Below are positions 19,908 through 28,879 of a DNA stretch of 64,000 nucleotides, one piece after another. The stretch is from sequence record NC_054918.1; one strand, written 5' to 3'. Under the pieces are notes generated by a model, which saw only the letters and a program-made list of their open reading frames with translations, made no database searches and was not told the DNA's origin. Source of the stretch: Escherichia phage vB_EcoM_G4498. Position 1 is the stretch's first letter. Each line of letters begins with the position of its first letter. The position numbers were made by a program, and so were the translations under genes.

Positions 19908-20876
19908 TTATTTCAGAAGAGTAACCTCAGCGATTTCTTCCCAACCGTTTTTGTCGGTCATAATAAAGTCAGCAAGATAAAGCGCAGTACGCAGTGAAAC
20001 ATTGCGTAAACGATTAACATTGACTTTCATCCATGATAATGCTTTATAAGTTTCTTCATCAGAAAGACCACGCTTTTGCATCATGTCAGTTGAAAGAATA
20101 ACATCTTCAACCCTGACCATAATTTCTTCATTAGTGTGAACACCCAAATCCAAATAAACTGAGCGGGACACTAATGCTTGTAAATGTGGAGCAAGTTTAG
20201 TACCACGGTCTAATTCGCGGTCAATGTCAACGTTTGTGATAAAAACAATCGTTCCTTTAAATTCAAACTCACGCTCAATGCCTTTTTCTTCTAAGTAAGA
20301 AGATGCAGTGCTCCAGCAGACTTTACGGGTCTCTCCAGTGTCCAGAGCAGCTTTCAGAAGATTAAGAATGTCCATATCAGAGAAAACATCCACATCATCA
20401 ATCAAAAGGACAGAATTCTCTTCACGATTATTCCAGAGCTGTTCATAAAGACCGATACCAGAGATTTTACCGTTAATGCTTTTATATTCAATGTATCCAA
20501 TATCATTTGCTTTATTTAAAGCTTTATCTAAAGAATACGTTTTACCAATGCCTGCTGCGCCAGAGATAATTAATGAACGAATGTTTCCGTTAATAATACC
20601 ATTCGTCATCATTCCCATAACATTAAATCTTTTATTAATACGGGTTTTCATATCTTCATATGATTCTTTAACTTCTTCAACTTTTACGCCATCATATGAA
20701 ATGTCTGATTTGTAAACCCAAACACCGCGACGTTTACCGTCAATTTCAACAAAAACTTTACCATCTCCTTGTGCATCTACCGGAGCATTATCAGGGAACC
20801 ACTCACCTAAGAGTTCAAAAGTTCCAGAGATTTCTTTACCGAAGTAGATACCCTTATTGATAGTTACAGTTTTCAT
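19908..20876 (-). CDS. P-loop NTPase (AAA-like ATPase)
   Basis: start at MKTVTINKG (GGAG SD); Walker A GAAGIGKTY, Walker B-like VLLIDDVD. Confidence 0.6.
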   Translation of the reverse strand: MKTVTINKGIYFGKEISGTFELLGEWFPDNAPVDAQGDGKVFVEIDGKRRGVWVYKSDISYDGVKVEEVKESYEDMKTRINKRFNVMGMMTNGIINGNIRSLIISGAAGIGKTYSLDKALNKANDIGYIEYKSINGKISGIGLYEQLWNNREENSVLLIDDVDVFSDMDILNLLKAALDTGETRKVCWSTASSYLEEKGIEREFEFKGTIVFITNVDIDRELDRGTKLAPHLQALVSRSVYLDLGVHTNEEIMVRVEDVILSTDMMQKRGLSDEETYKALSWMKVNVNRLRNVSLRTALYLADFIMTDKNGWEEIAEVTLLK

Positions 20877-20909
20877 TTTATTCTCCAAATCCGTATCAGT
20901 TGATAGTTG

Positions 20910-20940
20910 TATAGTACCATAAAGCTTTATGCTTGTAAAC
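20910..20940 (-). promoter_or_regulatory. T4-type early promoter (-35 GTTTAC, -10 TACTAT)
   Basis: minus-strand GTTTACAAGCATAAAGCTTTATGGTACTATACAACTATC. Confidence 0.5.
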
Positions 20941-20961
20941 AACTTTGTGAAAAAATTTTGA

Positions 20962-20988
20962 AATAAAAAAGGGAGCCCGAAGGCTCCC
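20962..20988 (-). terminator. rho-independent terminator (GGGAGCC-ttcg-GGCTCCC + UUUUUUAUUUC)
   Basis: perfect 7-bp GC stem with tetraloop then U-run on minus strand, right after stop of upstream gene. Confidence 0.65.
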
Positions 20989-20990
20989 TA

Positions 20991-22004
20991 TCATTTATAA
21001 TAACTTCGATGGTTTTCAAGATAGACCTTCTCAAGGAAGTCATCCCAGAAACCCATGTCAACTTTTTGTTGCATACCGTTCTTAGAAGCTTCAGTAGATG
21101 CTGCTTCTACTTGATCGACCACATCTTCCAAAAACTCTTGAACCGTTTTAAATGGATGTTTACCCAACTTCACGTCGAGAATAAATGGAGCATCTTGGAG
21201 TGGATAAATCAAGTCGCCAGTTTTGTAAATTTCCAATAGTTGAAGTCCACCACGACAAGCATGACTCAGAGCTTTCCAGTCAATACCTTCGTTGGCTTCG
21301 GCCTTACGAGCGCGTTCACCGTATTCAGCATCTAATTTGTTCAGTGACTGCTTAAGCTCAATAAGAGAAAGCGTTGTCTGATATTTACGACCCAACACAG
21401 TGTAAAACGTCTGTGGGCCTGTTTTCTCATGATTATGAAACACCCATTCACAGAATTCGTTTTCTGGAAGACGATGCTTAATATCTTCAACTTTAGTGCG
21501 ACGCTGCTTAATAGAACCATCTTCTTGGTAATCAATCCATTGCTCAGGGATTTGATTAACTACTTTCAATACATCACGTAATGCAGCCAAACGAGAACCC
21601 TTGACACCGTATTTAGAAGCTTGCTTACGGACATATCCTAAATAGGATTTCATGTTAGTCGTATAAAAACGAGAACGGTTGTCTTGAATAAACTTCCACA
21701 CATCAGGCAAATCAGATTTAACCACTAGCTCAGGTGGAGTGTGAAGCATATCTAATGCTACAGTTTCACCATCTGCTGCTAATTTAAAGAAATATTTAAG
21801 ACTGTATAGTTCATGGTCAATATCATCTTTAGTGTTTTTAGATGATGTGTTGTTAGTGTTTTTACTCATGTGCTCTTTGACATTTCCGATAAGAATATCA
21901 CGAGCAGGAGGAACAAAAATTTCTTTAAAATCTACATCAGATTCTGGGGTAGAAGTTCCATAAAGATGACTACCAAAATAGCTTTTCATTACTGTTTTCA
22001 TCAT
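20991..22004 (-). CDS. nucleotidyltransferase-fold protein (Pol-beta superfamily-like)
   Basis: 337 aa; N-terminal motif YFGSHLYGTSTPESDVDF (G-S...D-x-D) with a later acidic strand ETVALDML. Confidence 0.55.
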   Translation of the reverse strand: MMKTVMKSYFGSHLYGTSTPESDVDFKEIFVPPARDILIGNVKEHMSKNTNNTSSKNTKDDIDHELYSLKYFFKLAADGETVALDMLHTPPELVVKSDLPDVWKFIQDNRSRFYTTNMKSYLGYVRKQASKYGVKGSRLAALRDVLKVVNQIPEQWIDYQEDGSIKQRRTKVEDIKHRLPENEFCEWVFHNHEKTGPQTFYTVLGRKYQTTLSLIELKQSLNKLDAEYGERARKAEANEGIDWKALSHACRGGLQLLEIYKTGDLIYPLQDAPFILDVKLGKHPFKTVQEFLEDVVDQVEAASTEASKNGMQQKVDMGFWDDFLEKVYLENHRSYYK

Positions 22005-22462
22005 TCAGCCTTATATTCAATAACAGGACATACTTTAGCTTTACGAGCTTTTAAAAATTCGACGATAATCGATTTCTTGGGTTGAATAGGAGGTAAACCT
22101 TTATACGCTCTATCAATATTTTCTACGTGTAAAGCATAATCCTTTTTCCATTTATAATCTTTATATTTTTCATGCAAATGTGCAGGAATAACAAATGAAC
22201 CGATAATAAGTAAAACAACCAAAAGCGCAAGTATAAATGCCGATGGAAGAAGAGTCCATAAACTACCGAAAATAAGCCAACGATGTAGGCTTTCTGCACA
22301 AATAATTGTTAGCCCTACGAGTATAGCACATCCAAAAATAGAAACGAAAAATGTAGGAATGGCAATAGACCAAAAATATGCGCATAGTGTCTTAGGTCGT
22401 TGCCATTCATCGTTAAACAATTTGAATAATTTATAATGCCAAGAGTTTTCATTAATAATCAT
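22001..22462 (-). CDS. integral membrane protein (153 aa)
   Basis: multiple hydrophobic helices (FFVSIFGCAILVGLTIICA, LPSAFILALLVVLLIIGSFVI). Confidence 0.5.
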   Translation of the reverse strand: MIINENSWHYKLFKLFNDEWQRPKTLCAYFWSIAIPTFFVSIFGCAILVGLTIICAESLHRWLIFGSLWTLLPSAFILALLVVLLIIGSFVIPAHLHEKYKDYKWKKDYALHVENIDRAYKGLPPIQPKKSIIVEFLKARKAKVCPVIEYKAE

Positions 22463-22464
22463 AA

Positions 22465-22986
22465 TTATCCTTTCATTGAAGGCGTAACAGTTGTTAAATA
22501 CTTAATCATAGCTTCAGCTTCTGATTTTGATAATGAAATTTCTCCATTGTTTTGACGAATAGAAATAAAATCCGGATGACGGTCACCACCAGCTTTTAAA
22601 ACACACATATAAGTATCAACTTCATCTTCAATATTTGAAATGATTGAAGCAGTTCCACATGAATGCGGTTTTTGATAAATCAATGCAGCCTTTCTTCCGC
22701 CATTTGACTGTTCATAAACTTTTAATACATCAAACAAATCACTTCTTTTATCAATAGCTAAAATGTTATTTTCATCTTCAATGTTAAATCCTTCGGATAC
22801 TTCATAAAGTGTCACCCATAAATCGCCAATATCAATAACAGCGTTCACTTTTCCATGATTTTCAAGAGCATGACAAATTTTCTTGATTTCGTCATAACTC
22901 ATTTTAATAATATCATCTCCTTGAATAAGAAAGATGTCATTTTTAAATTCAACACGAATTAAACCACTTCCACTTGAAATAAACAT
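22465..22986 (-). CDS. hypothetical protein (173 aa), paralogue of the next gene
   Basis: C-terminus SKSEAEAMIKYLTTVTPSMKG resembles the neighbour's TKDEAIALKTYLDSVIPTMISK. Confidence 0.5.
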   Translation of the reverse strand: MFISSGSGLIRVEFKNDIFLIQGDDIIKMSYDEIKKICHALENHGKVNAVIDIGDLWVTLYEVSEGFNIEDENNILAIDKRSDLFDVLKVYEQSNGGRKAALIYQKPHSCGTASIISNIEDEVDTYMCVLKAGGDRHPDFISIRQNNGEISLSKSEAEAMIKYLTTVTPSMKG

Positions 22987-22992
22987 ATTTCC

Positions 22993-23547
22993 TCACTTTG
23001 AAATCATAGTTGGAATGACAGAATCAAGATAAGTCTTTAGCGCAATAGCTTCGTCTTTGGTAAATGTGACAATATGTGCTCGAGAATCATCATTTTGGCG
23101 AACAAGTACGACATCGCCATCTTCATAAGAAGTCTTGACATCCAAAGTCGTAGTATAGTTTGCAGCTACTGGATTAATAATGTTAGCACCGCGATCTTTA
23201 GCCCATTGAAGTTTAGCCTTTTCGGGTGTTTCGACTGTTTCAGATTCTAAGAATTCTTTCACCTTGGCAACGAATGTTGCCCAATTGTTGATAGAAAGAC
23301 ACATAAATTCAGTTTCAATATTACCGCCGTAAAGGCCACGATAAAAACGAACTTGGAGGTCGCTTGTAATATTAGTTACACCGGTAACTCCTGAGGGAGC
23401 ATAAGATAAAATCGCAGCCAGTTCCATAGGAAGAATAGTAATACTATCGTCTTCCTGCGTCAGAACGTATACATTATCACGTTTTTCGATAACCAGGTCA
23501 CCGAACAAATCAGTTGTTTCAATTACAGCTTTCATATTATTTACCAA
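22993..23547 (-). CDS. hypothetical protein (184 aa), paralogue of previous
   Basis: shared C-terminal motif and similar length. Confidence 0.5.
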   Translation of the reverse strand: MVNNMKAVIETTDLFGDLVIEKRDNVYVLTQEDDSITILPMELAAILSYAPSGVTGVTNITSDLQVRFYRGLYGGNIETEFMCLSINNWATFVAKVKEFLESETVETPEKAKLQWAKDRGANIINPVAANYTTTLDVKTSYEDGDVVLVRQNDDSRAHIVTFTKDEAIALKTYLDSVIPTMISK

Positions 23548-23722
23548 TTAAAGTTTCAATATAAGAATCAAGATTTACTTTAGCTTCTTCCATAAGAGTT
23601 TTGTATTTAATCTTGTTAGCATGTCCGGAGAAAGCTGATTCATCAATAATTGTTGATGTATGAACAGCTTTACTATACGTCTCAATTAATTCTCTTAATT
23701 TAAAAGCCTGCTCACTTGTCAT
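23537..23722 (-). CDS. hypothetical protein (61 aa)
   Basis: ORF in operon orientation. Confidence 0.4.
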   Translation of the reverse strand: MTSEQAFKLRELIETYSKAVHTSTIIDESAFSGHANKIKYKTLMEEAKVNLDSYIETLIGK

Positions 23723-23826
23723 TACATACTCCTCTGAATCATATCAATAATGTTGTTTACCAAATTATAAGTAAACATTGGGTAATTATATTGAATCATC
23801 ACATACACAACAAACAAAACTTTCAT
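23722..23826 (-). CDS. small hydrophobic peptide (34 aa, MKVLFVVYVMIQYNYPMF...), not in the ORF track
   Basis: AAGGAG SD 7 nt before ATG; stop overlaps start of next gene (TAATG); sits right after an early promoter. Confidence 0.4.
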   Translation of the reverse strand: MKVLFVVYVMIQYNYPMFTYNLVNNIIDMIQRSM

Positions 23827-23852
23827 TCTCTTCTCCTTGGCAGTTGACAAGA

Positions 23853-23884
23853 TTACTATACCATAACCTTGCCAACTTGTAAAC
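23853..23884 (-). promoter_or_regulatory. T4-type early promoter (-35 GTTTAC, -10 TATAGT)
   Basis: minus-strand GTTTACAAGTTGGCAAGGTTATGGTATAGTAATC. Confidence 0.45.
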
Positions 23885-24049
23885 CATTAAATGACGTTTT
23901 CGATAAAATTCTGAAGCTTTGTATGAGCATCAACCATGATTTTCAATTCTTCTTTAGCGAAAGCCGTACCTCTTTCCCGAGCAGAATACTCATAGTCAGA
24001 AACTGCATTAGCATATTCTTCAATTAGCTTCATTAAAAACATCTGCTTT

Positions 24050-24244
24050 TCAGTTTTCATTATTCCACCTAATCATTTCAAGATATTGAACTAACTTAGC
24101 TTTGGATTTATCCAAATCCTTTTTAGCTGCTTCTATACCGTCGTATGAATATCCTTCACAATGCTCAACTGCTAATTGATATGAATCTATTTCAATATCA
24201 CGTGCTAATTTAATGATTTTTTCAAACTGTTCACGTGTTAGCAT
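24050..24244 (-). CDS. hypothetical protein (64 aa)
   Basis: ORF. Confidence 0.4.
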   Translation of the reverse strand: MLTREQFEKIIKLARDIEIDSYQLAVEHCEGYSYDGIEAAKKDLDKSKAKLVQYLEMIRWNNEN

Positions 24245-24246
24245 AC

Positions 24247-24486
24247 TTAAACTCTCGTATTATGATCGATAATTTCATCAAGAAACATATCTAACGCTTC
24301 TACAGCATTATTAACTTTATCTTCAAGTTCTTCAATACTTTTATTTGCAATGCCTGACGAAAACCAAGCAAAGTCACTAAGTTCCTCGTCTGCTTTACGA
24401 ATTAAAGCTACTAATTCCTTAATTTTATCTGCTTGTTCGATACTAATCATTATTCCACCACATATGAAAGAGAGAATATTGCACAC
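24247..24486 (-). CDS. hypothetical protein (79 aa or shorter)
   Basis: ORF. Confidence 0.4.
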
Positions 24487-24638
24487 GCCATGTGAGTTGC
24501 AACTTCATCACACATATTATAACGTTTCTTAAGAAGTTCTACAAGTTCTTCACTAGTAACTTCATCCATGTCGACGAAAAAATCACCATTAATGATGACG
24601 TAGATATTTCCTTCTTGATTGAGTGCTTCAATTTTCAT
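24450..24638 (-). CDS. hypothetical protein (about 62 aa from [10 protein letters not shown])
   Basis: GAGGAG SD; downstream of an early promoter. Confidence 0.4.
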
Positions 24639-24664
24639 GATGTTCTCCTCTTTATCCGATAGTT

Positions 24665-24696
24665 GTATAGTATCACAGCTCAAACGGAAAGTAAAC
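24665..24696 (-). promoter_or_regulatory. T4-type early promoter (-35 GTTTAC, -10 TACTAT)
   Basis: minus-strand GTTTACTTTCCGTTTGAGCTGTGATACTATACAACTATC. Confidence 0.5.
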
Positions 24697-24704
24697 CGGT
24701 AAAA

Positions 24705-24728
24705 TGAAAAAAGTCTCCCGAAGGAGAC
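24705..24728 (-). terminator. rho-independent terminator (GTCTCC-ttcg-GGAGAC + UUUUUU)
   Basis: hairpin then U-run on minus strand, directly after stop of upstream gene. Confidence 0.6.
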
Positions 24729-24733
24729 TAATG

Positions 24734-25120
24734 TTATTCGAGGGAAAGAAGATACTTACTCTGATAAAACATTCCAGTAATATCATCTATCGTGCTTTGG
24801 ATGGCTGGAGGCATTTCTTTATAAATGCTGTTAGATTGGTCTAGTATGCGATCAATCATTTTAATTGTGTCGGTAGGAAGTTTACTGGCATCTGGAATTG
24901 AAGGTGTGTATTTTCTACCAGAATACCCCAAATATTGCTCACCAAATTTATCAATCAAATCTGGCAACTCGGAGAAAATAAAATCGTATGCTTTGTGTCT
25001 AGCATAATTTTTAGTTTCAAAATGTGCAGAATGAAAATAAGCTTGTGCAGCCATTAATAAACCTAAGTATTCATCTGCCTTTGAAGGTTTTCCACTTTGT
25101 GAAAAGTCGCTGAATTTCAT
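24734..25120 (-). CDS. hypothetical protein (128 aa), adjacent to rI
   Basis: ORF. Confidence 0.5.
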
Positions 25121-25410
25121 TCAGTCTCCAATTTAATGTTCATAATTCTAGCGTATGATTGTGCCATCTCCGCGCCTCGTTCTATACATTCAAAATCAGA
25201 AGAGCACGGGTCATTTTTATAGGTCGTTCTCATAAAACTATAGAACTGTTCAGACGATTCTACGCTTTTATTTTCAAAAAGCATATAAACGTGCCTAATA
25301 CCAGATTCCATAAATTTATCAAAATGAGGATCGACATTCGCTTCAATCGATGGAGATAAAACAAATGACAATCCTAGCATGGCAAAAAGTGCCGTTGCTT
25401 TTAAGGCCAT
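25117..25410 (-). CDS. rI: lysis-inhibition regulator rI (periplasmic, signal-anchor)
   Basis: 97 aa; N-terminal hydrophobic MALKATALFAMLGLSFVLSPSIEA; matches T4 rI as recalled; adjacent to tk. Confidence 0.8.
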   Translation of the reverse strand: MALKATALFAMLGLSFVLSPSIEANVDPHFDKFMESGIRHVYMLFENKSVESSEQFYSFMRTTYKNDPCSSDFECIERGAEMAQSYARIMNIKLETE

Positions 25411-25422
25411 AAAGGCCTCCTA

Positions 25423-25635
25423 TCATTTTTGTCCTGTATTTACTTTATGCCGATGCACGGCCTTAACTTTATCAAGGTATTTTTCAAAATTTCGCAATCT
25501 AGTATAGTCTGCCGGAGATTGGTTGAGTGATACTTCTCGACGCAAAGCTGAAATGATATTTCCAACTTCCCTACGAATTTCATCTAATTGAAGCACAGTA
25601 AGATTGCGAAGTTGCTTTTCAGTTAATTGTAGCAT
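25423..25635 (-). CDS. hypothetical protein (70 aa)
   Basis: ORF between tk and rI. Confidence 0.45.
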
Positions 25636-25677
25636 ATATACCCCTTTAGTTAGATAAACCTATTTATAACTTTTGCA

Positions 25678-26259
25678 CTAACCGAGCTTTTTAGTTAATT
25701 CATTCCAATGTTTTCTACACAAAGAAACATAAATTTCATCACCAATACAGATTTGATTACCTTCTTTAACTGGTGTTCCATCTTCCATTAATCGAGCTGT
25801 CATAATCGCTTTTTTACCACAATGACAAACTGCCTTTAGTTCAATAAGTTTATCTGCAATCGCTAAAAGTTCTTTAGAACCTTCAAATAATTTTCCAGCG
25901 AAATCAGTCCTTAGCCCATAAGCCATAACAGGAACATTATATGTATCAACAATTCGGCTCAATTGATGCACCTGTTCAGTTTTTAAAAACTGAGCTTCAT
26001 CTACAAATACGCAATGAATATCTTTTTGTGCTTCAGCCCATTTATAGAACTCGAAAATATCCATATCATCTGTAATAATATTCGCTTCCTGCTTAATTCC
26101 AATGCGAGAAACGACTTCACAGACAGAATCGCGAGTATCAATAGCAGGCTTAAGAACTAATACACTCATTCCACGTTCTTTATAATTATGTGCAGCAGTC
26201 AAAAGAGAAGCAGATTTTCCAGCATTCATTGCTGCATAAGTAAAAATTAAACTCGCCAT
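25678..26259 (-). CDS. tk: thymidine kinase
   Basis: 193 aa; P-loop YAAMNAGKSASLL; C-terminal Cys cluster CHCGKKAI...CIGDEIYVSLC. Confidence 0.9.
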   Translation of the reverse strand: MASLIFTYAAMNAGKSASLLTAAHNYKERGMSVLVLKPAIDTRDSVCEVVSRIGIKQEANIITDDMDIFEFYKWAEAQKDIHCVFVDEAQFLKTEQVHQLSRIVDTYNVPVMAYGLRTDFAGKLFEGSKELLAIADKLIELKAVCHCGKKAIMTARLMEDGTPVKEGNQICIGDEIYVSLCRKHWNELTKKLG

Positions 26260-26268
26260 ATCACCTTC

Positions 26269-26454
26269 TTAAAGCGTATTCACATAAGCTATTAATTCAT
26301 TTTCTTTCTTATCAAACCGATCAGCAAATTCTTCCTGCTGTTCGGGAGATAGCGGGCCGTATTCATCATAAAAGGTGTTTGCTTCTGTATGCTCATCTAG
26401 AAGTTCATGGATAAGCTCAAACAATTTATCTTTTTGTTCTTTGCTTAGACTCAC
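26269..26454 (-). CDS. hypothetical acidic protein (61 aa)
   Basis: ORF. Confidence 0.4.
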   Translation of the reverse strand: MSLSKEQKDKLFELIHELLDEHTEANTFYDEYGPLSPEQQEEFADRFDKKENELIAYVNTL

Positions 26455-26623
26455 AGTATGTCAATCCCCAAAAGTTTTAAAATGACTCGTTTCTGATTCA
26501 TAACCGCTACGATTGAATGACCGTTAGGGTCTTTTTGACCCGATCCAATTATAAATCCTTTTTGTGCAGAAAGTTCAATCAAAACATCAAGTTCACGTAA
26601 TAATTGATATTTTAAATCATCAT

Positions 26624-26851
26624 TCATTTTGGTTTACCTTCTTTAACGAAATCAGGATAAGGATAAAATCCCGAATAAAATCCTTCACCTTTATGATTGA
26701 TGCATCCTTTATTAGAACAATAGCACCAATAATCGAAATCACAAGCCATTTCATCATTACATAAAGCAAAAACAACAGGCCATTTACACTTTTCACAATG
26801 GGCATTTTTAAGAATACTAGTTTGGCTCATAACCATGTAACCTTTAAGCAA
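26624..26851 (-). CDS. small Cys-rich protein (75 aa)
   Basis: HCEKCKW...CNDEMACDFDYWCYCSNKGC. Confidence 0.4.
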   Translation of the reverse strand: MLKGYMVMSQTSILKNAHCEKCKWPVVFALCNDEMACDFDYWCYCSNKGCINHKGEGFYSGFYPYPDFVKEGKPK

Positions 26852-27054
26852 TATTCTTCTACGTGCTGTTTACGACCTTTCTTATCAATAAAGGTATATT
26901 CAACGAATGTTCCAATGTAGTCTTTATCTACATCATGTGGACTATTAATTGGACATTTAGTACGGCAAATGCGTTCCCATTGACGAATAATTACTGCTTT
27001 ATTCTTTGGGTCATATGGATGTGGATAATGTATATTCATAATAATGGTTCCCAA
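26827..27054 (-). CDS. hypothetical protein (75 aa)
   Basis: ORF. Confidence 0.4.
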   Translation of the reverse strand: MGTIIMNIHYPHPYDPKNKAVIIRQWERICRTKCPINSPHDVDKDYIGTFVEYTFIDKKGRKQHVEEYCLKVTWL

Positions 27055-27503
27055 TCAACAATCACAATTTCTAATTTAGAGGAATATGCATCTAAAATCC
27101 CCTCAATAATATCCCAGTTCCCTTTACCTATGCCTGCACCAATCCTAGGCATATAGATTGTAGGTTTAATCAGTTTATTTTCACCAAACTCATTTAATTC
27201 TAACATACAATTCATTAAAGCGGAATACTCAAAATTTGGCCCTGGTTGAAATTGAGTATAAAGGTTGAAGCAATACGCTTTATGAGTCCTAAAGTATTTT
27301 TCATAGACTGAGTAAGAACCGAGTTTAGTTACATCACCCCATTCAGTCTGTAATTTATCAGCTTCCAAAATTTTAGGGAAAGCTTTGGTTAATTGACCCG
27401 CTACGCCTGAACCCATAGTATGAAAACAATTACATCCATGCGCAATATTTTTACCTTCAGCGAAAAGGGCGACAATATCGCCCTTGATATATTTTACAAT
27501 CAT
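27036..27503 (-). CDS. macro-domain-like protein (putative ADP-ribose binding/processing)
   Basis: 155 aa; KGDIVAL...IAHGCNCFHTMGSGVAGQLTKAFP and PRIGAGIGKG resemble macro-domain motifs (VVNAAN...GGGVAGAI; G-I/V-Y/F-G). Confidence 0.5.
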   Translation of the reverse strand: MIVKYIKGDIVALFAEGKNIAHGCNCFHTMGSGVAGQLTKAFPKILEADKLQTEWGDVTKLGSYSVYEKYFRTHKAYCFNLYTQFQPGPNFEYSALMNCMLELNEFGENKLIKPTIYMPRIGAGIGKGNWDIIEGILDAYSSKLEIVIVDWEPLL

Positions 27504-27847
27504 CTAGTACTCAATCCTCGATTATAAGAATCTACCAAACGGTCAACCATTGAATGACAAGCGGCTTTATCTTTCTCCTCCGCAACTGAGCATTCTAAGG
27601 TATTCCACTTTTTAGCATATCGTTTTAATAATGTATCGTTTTTGTATCTGCTTGATTTATCTCTTTCTCCGTCTTTATATGCATATATTAATTTCTGTGC
27701 AAATTCAGCTTGGCATGCTTTATTTTTCCCACAATAATCTGCCGCAGTGCGGTTTACATATTCTCTAATTTCAGTATATGATGTATCTGCTGATGCAGAA
27801 GCAGAAAATGAAATTAATCCTATACATAAAACCAAAATTTTAGTCAT
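27500..27847 (-). CDS. small secreted protein (115 aa), in the position T4 assigns to vs
   Basis: N-terminal signal-peptide-like MTKILVLCIGLISFSASASA; several Cys. Confidence 0.45.
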   Translation of the reverse strand: MTKILVLCIGLISFSASASADTSYTEIREYVNRTAADYCGKNKACQAEFAQKLIYAYKDGERDKSSRYKNDTLLKRYAKKWNTLECSVAEEKDKAACHSMVDRLVDSYNRGLSTR

Positions 27848-28385
27848 TTACTATTTCCAAAAGTTTATTATTTTTAAGGTAATTAGCCTTTTCTAGGACT
27901 TCAGAAGCATATTTAGAACCTGCTTTAACATTCCATCCCGAATTATAAGAGGATATTGCTTTTCTTATATCGCCCTTATGTATATTTAACCAATAAGAAA
28001 GTTCAATGTACGCCCAGGAAGCTGAATTGGATCGTTTATTCAACATTCTTTTTATTTCAGCATCAGTCATATTATAACCAAGTTCCTTAACTCTCGCTCG
28101 CATAGTAGGCAAATAATTTTGGAACATTCCGTAGGCGTGATGCTTTGGTTTAGATTTTAAATTAACTCCGCCAGAGCTTTCTTGCCATAAAATGGCTGCC
28201 ATTATATGACCTAATCCGCTCTTGTGGATATTTTTGTGTGTTTTATATTTTCCATCCTTAGAAAATTGTTCCCCGAATTGATACGCGTAACGCATGTTAT
28301 CGAGTTGGACATTACTGAAAGTATGCTCGGAGCTATGTGCCATCATTGAAATGGCCAATAGACCAGCGAGTAGTGCTTTTCTCAT
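27840..28385 (-). CDS. secreted lytic-transglycosylase-like protein (SLT domain)
   Basis: signal peptide MRKALLAGLLAISMMAHS; SLT-like motifs QESSGG and AYGMFQ. Confidence 0.5.
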   Translation of the reverse strand: MRKALLAGLLAISMMAHSSEHTFSNVQLDNMRYAYQFGEQFSKDGKYKTHKNIHKSGLGHIMAAILWQESSGGVNLKSKPKHHAYGMFQNYLPTMRARVKELGYNMTDAEIKRMLNKRSNSASWAYIELSYWLNIHKGDIRKAISSYNSGWNVKAGSKYASEVLEKANYLKNNKLLEIVND

Positions 28386-28392
28386 GCTTACC

Positions 28393-28854
28393 TCATTGAG
28401 TTTTAATTACTGCTTTAGAAGCCTTTCCTGGTAAACGACGACTGTTAATAATTGCCATCCTACATTGAAGCGACGGGTCTTTGAACTTCTCATTAGGTTT
28501 ACAAACTGTAAATCCGAGCCAAAGATTTCCATCTGTGATTTCTAAACGTCCAGGACGATATTCAACCCCATCAATAAAATCCTCGTCAATGTCAGGACGC
28601 GGAGGCATACTTAGGAATTCATTAACTTCTAAAACATGGTCTTTTATTTTATGGAATAATTCAAAAACGTATGTCTCATCAATCTCCCGTTGAATTGCGC
28701 GATCAAGAAGATGCTGAGAATATTTTAGATGAAACGATGAGACTCCTGCTGCTTTTGATGCCTCACGAATCTCATTGTTAATTTGACGAAACTCCGACTC
28801 AAAGTGACGACGAAGCTTATTTCGACGGATAAAAACTTCTGTATTGATAGTCAT
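28393..28854 (-). CDS. regB: RegB sequence-specific endoribonuclease
   Basis: 153 aa; sequence matches T4 RegB as recalled. Confidence 0.85.
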   Translation of the reverse strand: MTINTEVFIRRNKLRRHFESEFRQINNEIREASKAAGVSSFHLKYSQHLLDRAIQREIDETYVFELFHKIKDHVLEVNEFLSMPPRPDIDEDFIDGVEYRPGRLEITDGNLWLGFTVCKPNEKFKDPSLQCRMAIINSRRLPGKASKAVIKTQ

Positions 28855-28879
28855 GTTGTTCTCCTCTTAACTGATAGAA

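Noticed and set aside
27500-27847. Assigning the 115-aa ORF as vs (valyl-tRNA synthetase modifier) on size and position
   Set aside because: The product has a signal-peptide-like N-terminus, which is unexpected for a cytoplasmic synthetase-binding protein, and I cannot recall the T4 Vs sequence to confirm
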